A stretch of DNA of 62,736 nucleotides, filler included, from Choristocarpus tenellus KU-1152 (taxonomy: Eukaryota; Protista; Phaeophyceae), in the NCBI GenBank assembly GCA_964200185.2. It is 11 parts of 11 records of this genome, joined end to end, with 100 filler letters (N's around TTAATTAATTAA, not from the genome) between each part and the next. Parts side by side here need not be neighbours in the genome. Positions count along the whole stretch, not along the records: positions 58,704 to 62,736 come from CAXNAD020016575.1; 10 more parts are not named here. One strand, given 5' to 3'. Shown here piece after piece: positions 60,499-62,736 of the stretch; within the stretch, counting starts at the first letter, position 1, and each line of letters begins with the position of its first letter. The notes below the pieces were generated by a model. That model had not been told where the DNA came from and did no database searches. It was given only the letters and a program-made list of their open reading frames with translations. The position numbers and the translations under genes were made by a program.

Positions 60499-61620
60499 CA
60501 GTTCCCCCACAACAAAAATATGTCACAAGTTTGAAGGACCAAAAACTTGCCCATTTGGCTCAACTTCTTTTAGTATTATGACATATCGTACAATACCAAC
60601 TTCATTGATTGCCAATATCATGTCCAATGTCAAAATCACTACAAAATATATTTGAAGCTCATCACAATTTACGAATGATTTTGCTCAGTTTACTCCCTGA
60701 TCACGAATGTCAAAAACGACCATACAATACCAACTTCTTTGCCAATGTCAAAATCACTACAAAATATATTTGACGCTCATCACAAATTATGAATTATTTT
60801 GCTCAGTTTACTTCCTCATCATGAATGCCAAAAACAGAGAGTGAACTTTTATTTACTTGACTACTGATTTTCTTACTACCATCAATCATATCCTATACCT
60901 CTATTCACGTTTCTTCTTCGAAATTTGAAATTAGACACTACACGATCCCAGAGATAACACAGAAGTCCCACAACAACACAACAACCTCACATCACCACAC
61001 TTTGCCCTATCCAACTTTCACGCACTCCCCTTTCCATTCATCTACTACACCATGGTTGAGGCAGGTGGCTGTCGTAAGTTCATGAAGAGCACAAAGACGG
61101 TTCAGCATCGTAAGGCACCCACCCGCCTGAGACGAAGACTGCAGTTGTCAACGAACTTGGGAGAGGGAACCTAGAAGAGTTTTCCGAAGCGGCTACGCTC
61201 TCGTATTCCACTTTACGATCCTGGCAGCAAATGGCATACCAGCAACTATTCCTGTCATGCTTACAGGCTTGGCCCCTTCCTTGCCATAATCCAAGATTGG
61301 GAGCTTCTGGAGAACAAGATCATGTCCCACCTAAAGTGGCACAAGAGCTTGCGTATAAAGAAATTTCGCTCGACCAGTGATATAGCCTCTTTCTTTTCAA
61401 GGCTGAAGATCTAGAACGACTGAAGGAGGACTTCTAGATATACCAGAAGAGATACTATACCAGGTAACAGGAGCTAGTATGATGGCAACCAAGGGTTGGA
61501 GTTTTCTGACAAGAGTAGAGGGTCGCGCAGGCAAAGAATAATTACATCGTATTTGTGCAAAAGAATTTTGTACGGAATATCTCAATCCTCTGTCTTGCGC
61601 TGATTCCAAAAAAAAAAATG
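60499..61620 (+). mobile_element. Degenerate pogo/Tc5-like transposon: left end, subterminal direct repeats and HTH remnants
   Basis: TA-CAGTT at 60497-60503; direct repeat 60591-60717 / 60725-60836; frameshifted HPPETKTAVVNELGRG..SYSTLRSW (psq-type HTH), RLGP..ELLENKI and ATKGWSFL (CENP-B-type HTH). Confidence 0.5.
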
Positions 61621-62736
61621 ATCGCTAAGGAAATCCTTACCTATGCAAACACTCTAACATACTATATAAGCCCAGCTATAGTGCAGAAGGGTTAGACCTC
61701 TAAGGACTTGCGATTTATGTCGGACAGAGGAGGAGAGTAGGGCAGCACAGCACGACTCCTTTTGTGCAAAAGGGAGCTAATGTTGAATGAAGTCAAGGTG
61801 TTGAGTCGAAATATACCGCCGTACATACAAACTTTAATAGGACAAGGAGGAGCTTGTTAGGTTCTTGGGATGCTTCCCTAGCTCCTCACCCTGGGGTCAG
61901 CGAACCAAAACTGGAGGCACAAAAGGGCAGTGGTGTAGCATAGCTGGTAGTAAAATAGTAAATAGATGATAGAAAAATGTCGTTAAAATTTACGACAACT
62001 GTTACCTTTTCATTGTTGTTAGGACATTTTAATGGTTTTTCATTGATTTTTCCCCTCACACATCTGTAAAATGTCAGAGGGCATAATAATAAAATATAGG
62101 ATTATATAGTAACATTCAAAGTTCGAACAACTCCCAAAGAGAAGAGCAGGTGTATAAACCTCGTCCTGATGAGGTTTATTCATTTATTGCATTTTTTTCG
62201 TTCTTGAAACAAGTAGGTGGGAGTGTGTGCTGATTCTAGGAGTGAGAACGAGAGGTGGTATTGTCAATTATGTGAAGTAGCATGGGAAGATGTGCGTGGA
62301 TAGGAATCAAACTTTTAACACGTCGGAAAGAACGAAATTTTGTAGGATTAAAGTACGTTTTGTGAAGAGATAGAAATTCTATCCTAAGCTGGTGATGAAT
62401 GAATGGTCAAGCTGAAAAAAAGAGGAAGGATTGGTATGAAGAGAGGAGAAACGGTTTCTAAACTGCAGAATGTACATAAAGGGGGTAAGTGAATGAAACA
62501 ACACCGTTTGTGATGAAGTACGAGAAGAAATAATTAAATTGAGGTGTACTTGAAAGGTGAATGAATGAGGATGAGAAATCAGTGGAGTCAGGATGCGATC
62601 GACAATGTGTTTGTGTGGAATGGAGTGAGGCACAAAGTATAGCATCATCGAGAAACCTGAGATCGAAGGAAGAAAGGCTAGGAGAGAAGCCCGAGCAATC
62701 GTTCCCCGACCACCAATGGGTCAAAGTATCTGGGGG

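Overview
This is not one locus. It is 11 eukaryotic contigs joined by 100-bp artificial linkers (44 N + TTAATTAATTAA + 44 N): 1-2969, 3070-7760, 7861-14679, 14780-19813, 19914-24487, 24588-30536, 30637-36791, 36892-41496, 41597-44253, 44354-58603, 58704-62736. Intron-rich GT-AG genes, a bipartite ASAFAP-type plastid presequence and an FNIP-repeat gene suggest a photosynthetic stramenopile, probably a brown alga (inference). By reading splice sites by eye I reconstructed a complete 9-exon PRP4 kinase (665 aa) lying head-to-head with a bromodomain gene; the first five exons of an insulinase-like M16A peptidase (HFCEH; exons 1 and 3-5 are not translated in the ORF track) with signal peptide, transit peptide and a twin-arginine thylakoid signal; a GAT-domain TOM1/GGA-like adaptor; exons of an Ig-like repeat protein and of an IQ-motif protein; and an intronless FNIP-repeat pseudogene. 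Most of the rest is repeat-derived: four MITE families sharing one TIR motif with 3-bp TSDs, copia and gypsy remnants, solo LTRs, Tc1/pogo pieces and minisatellites. The two strongest leads are the putative Tat-targeted lumenal M16A peptidase and a 136-bp AT-rich bacterial aas-like fragment, flanked by a 5-bp direct repeat, inside one of its introns. No CRISPR array, rRNA, intact tRNA or intact transposase was found. All homology calls are from motif recognition by eye, not database searches.
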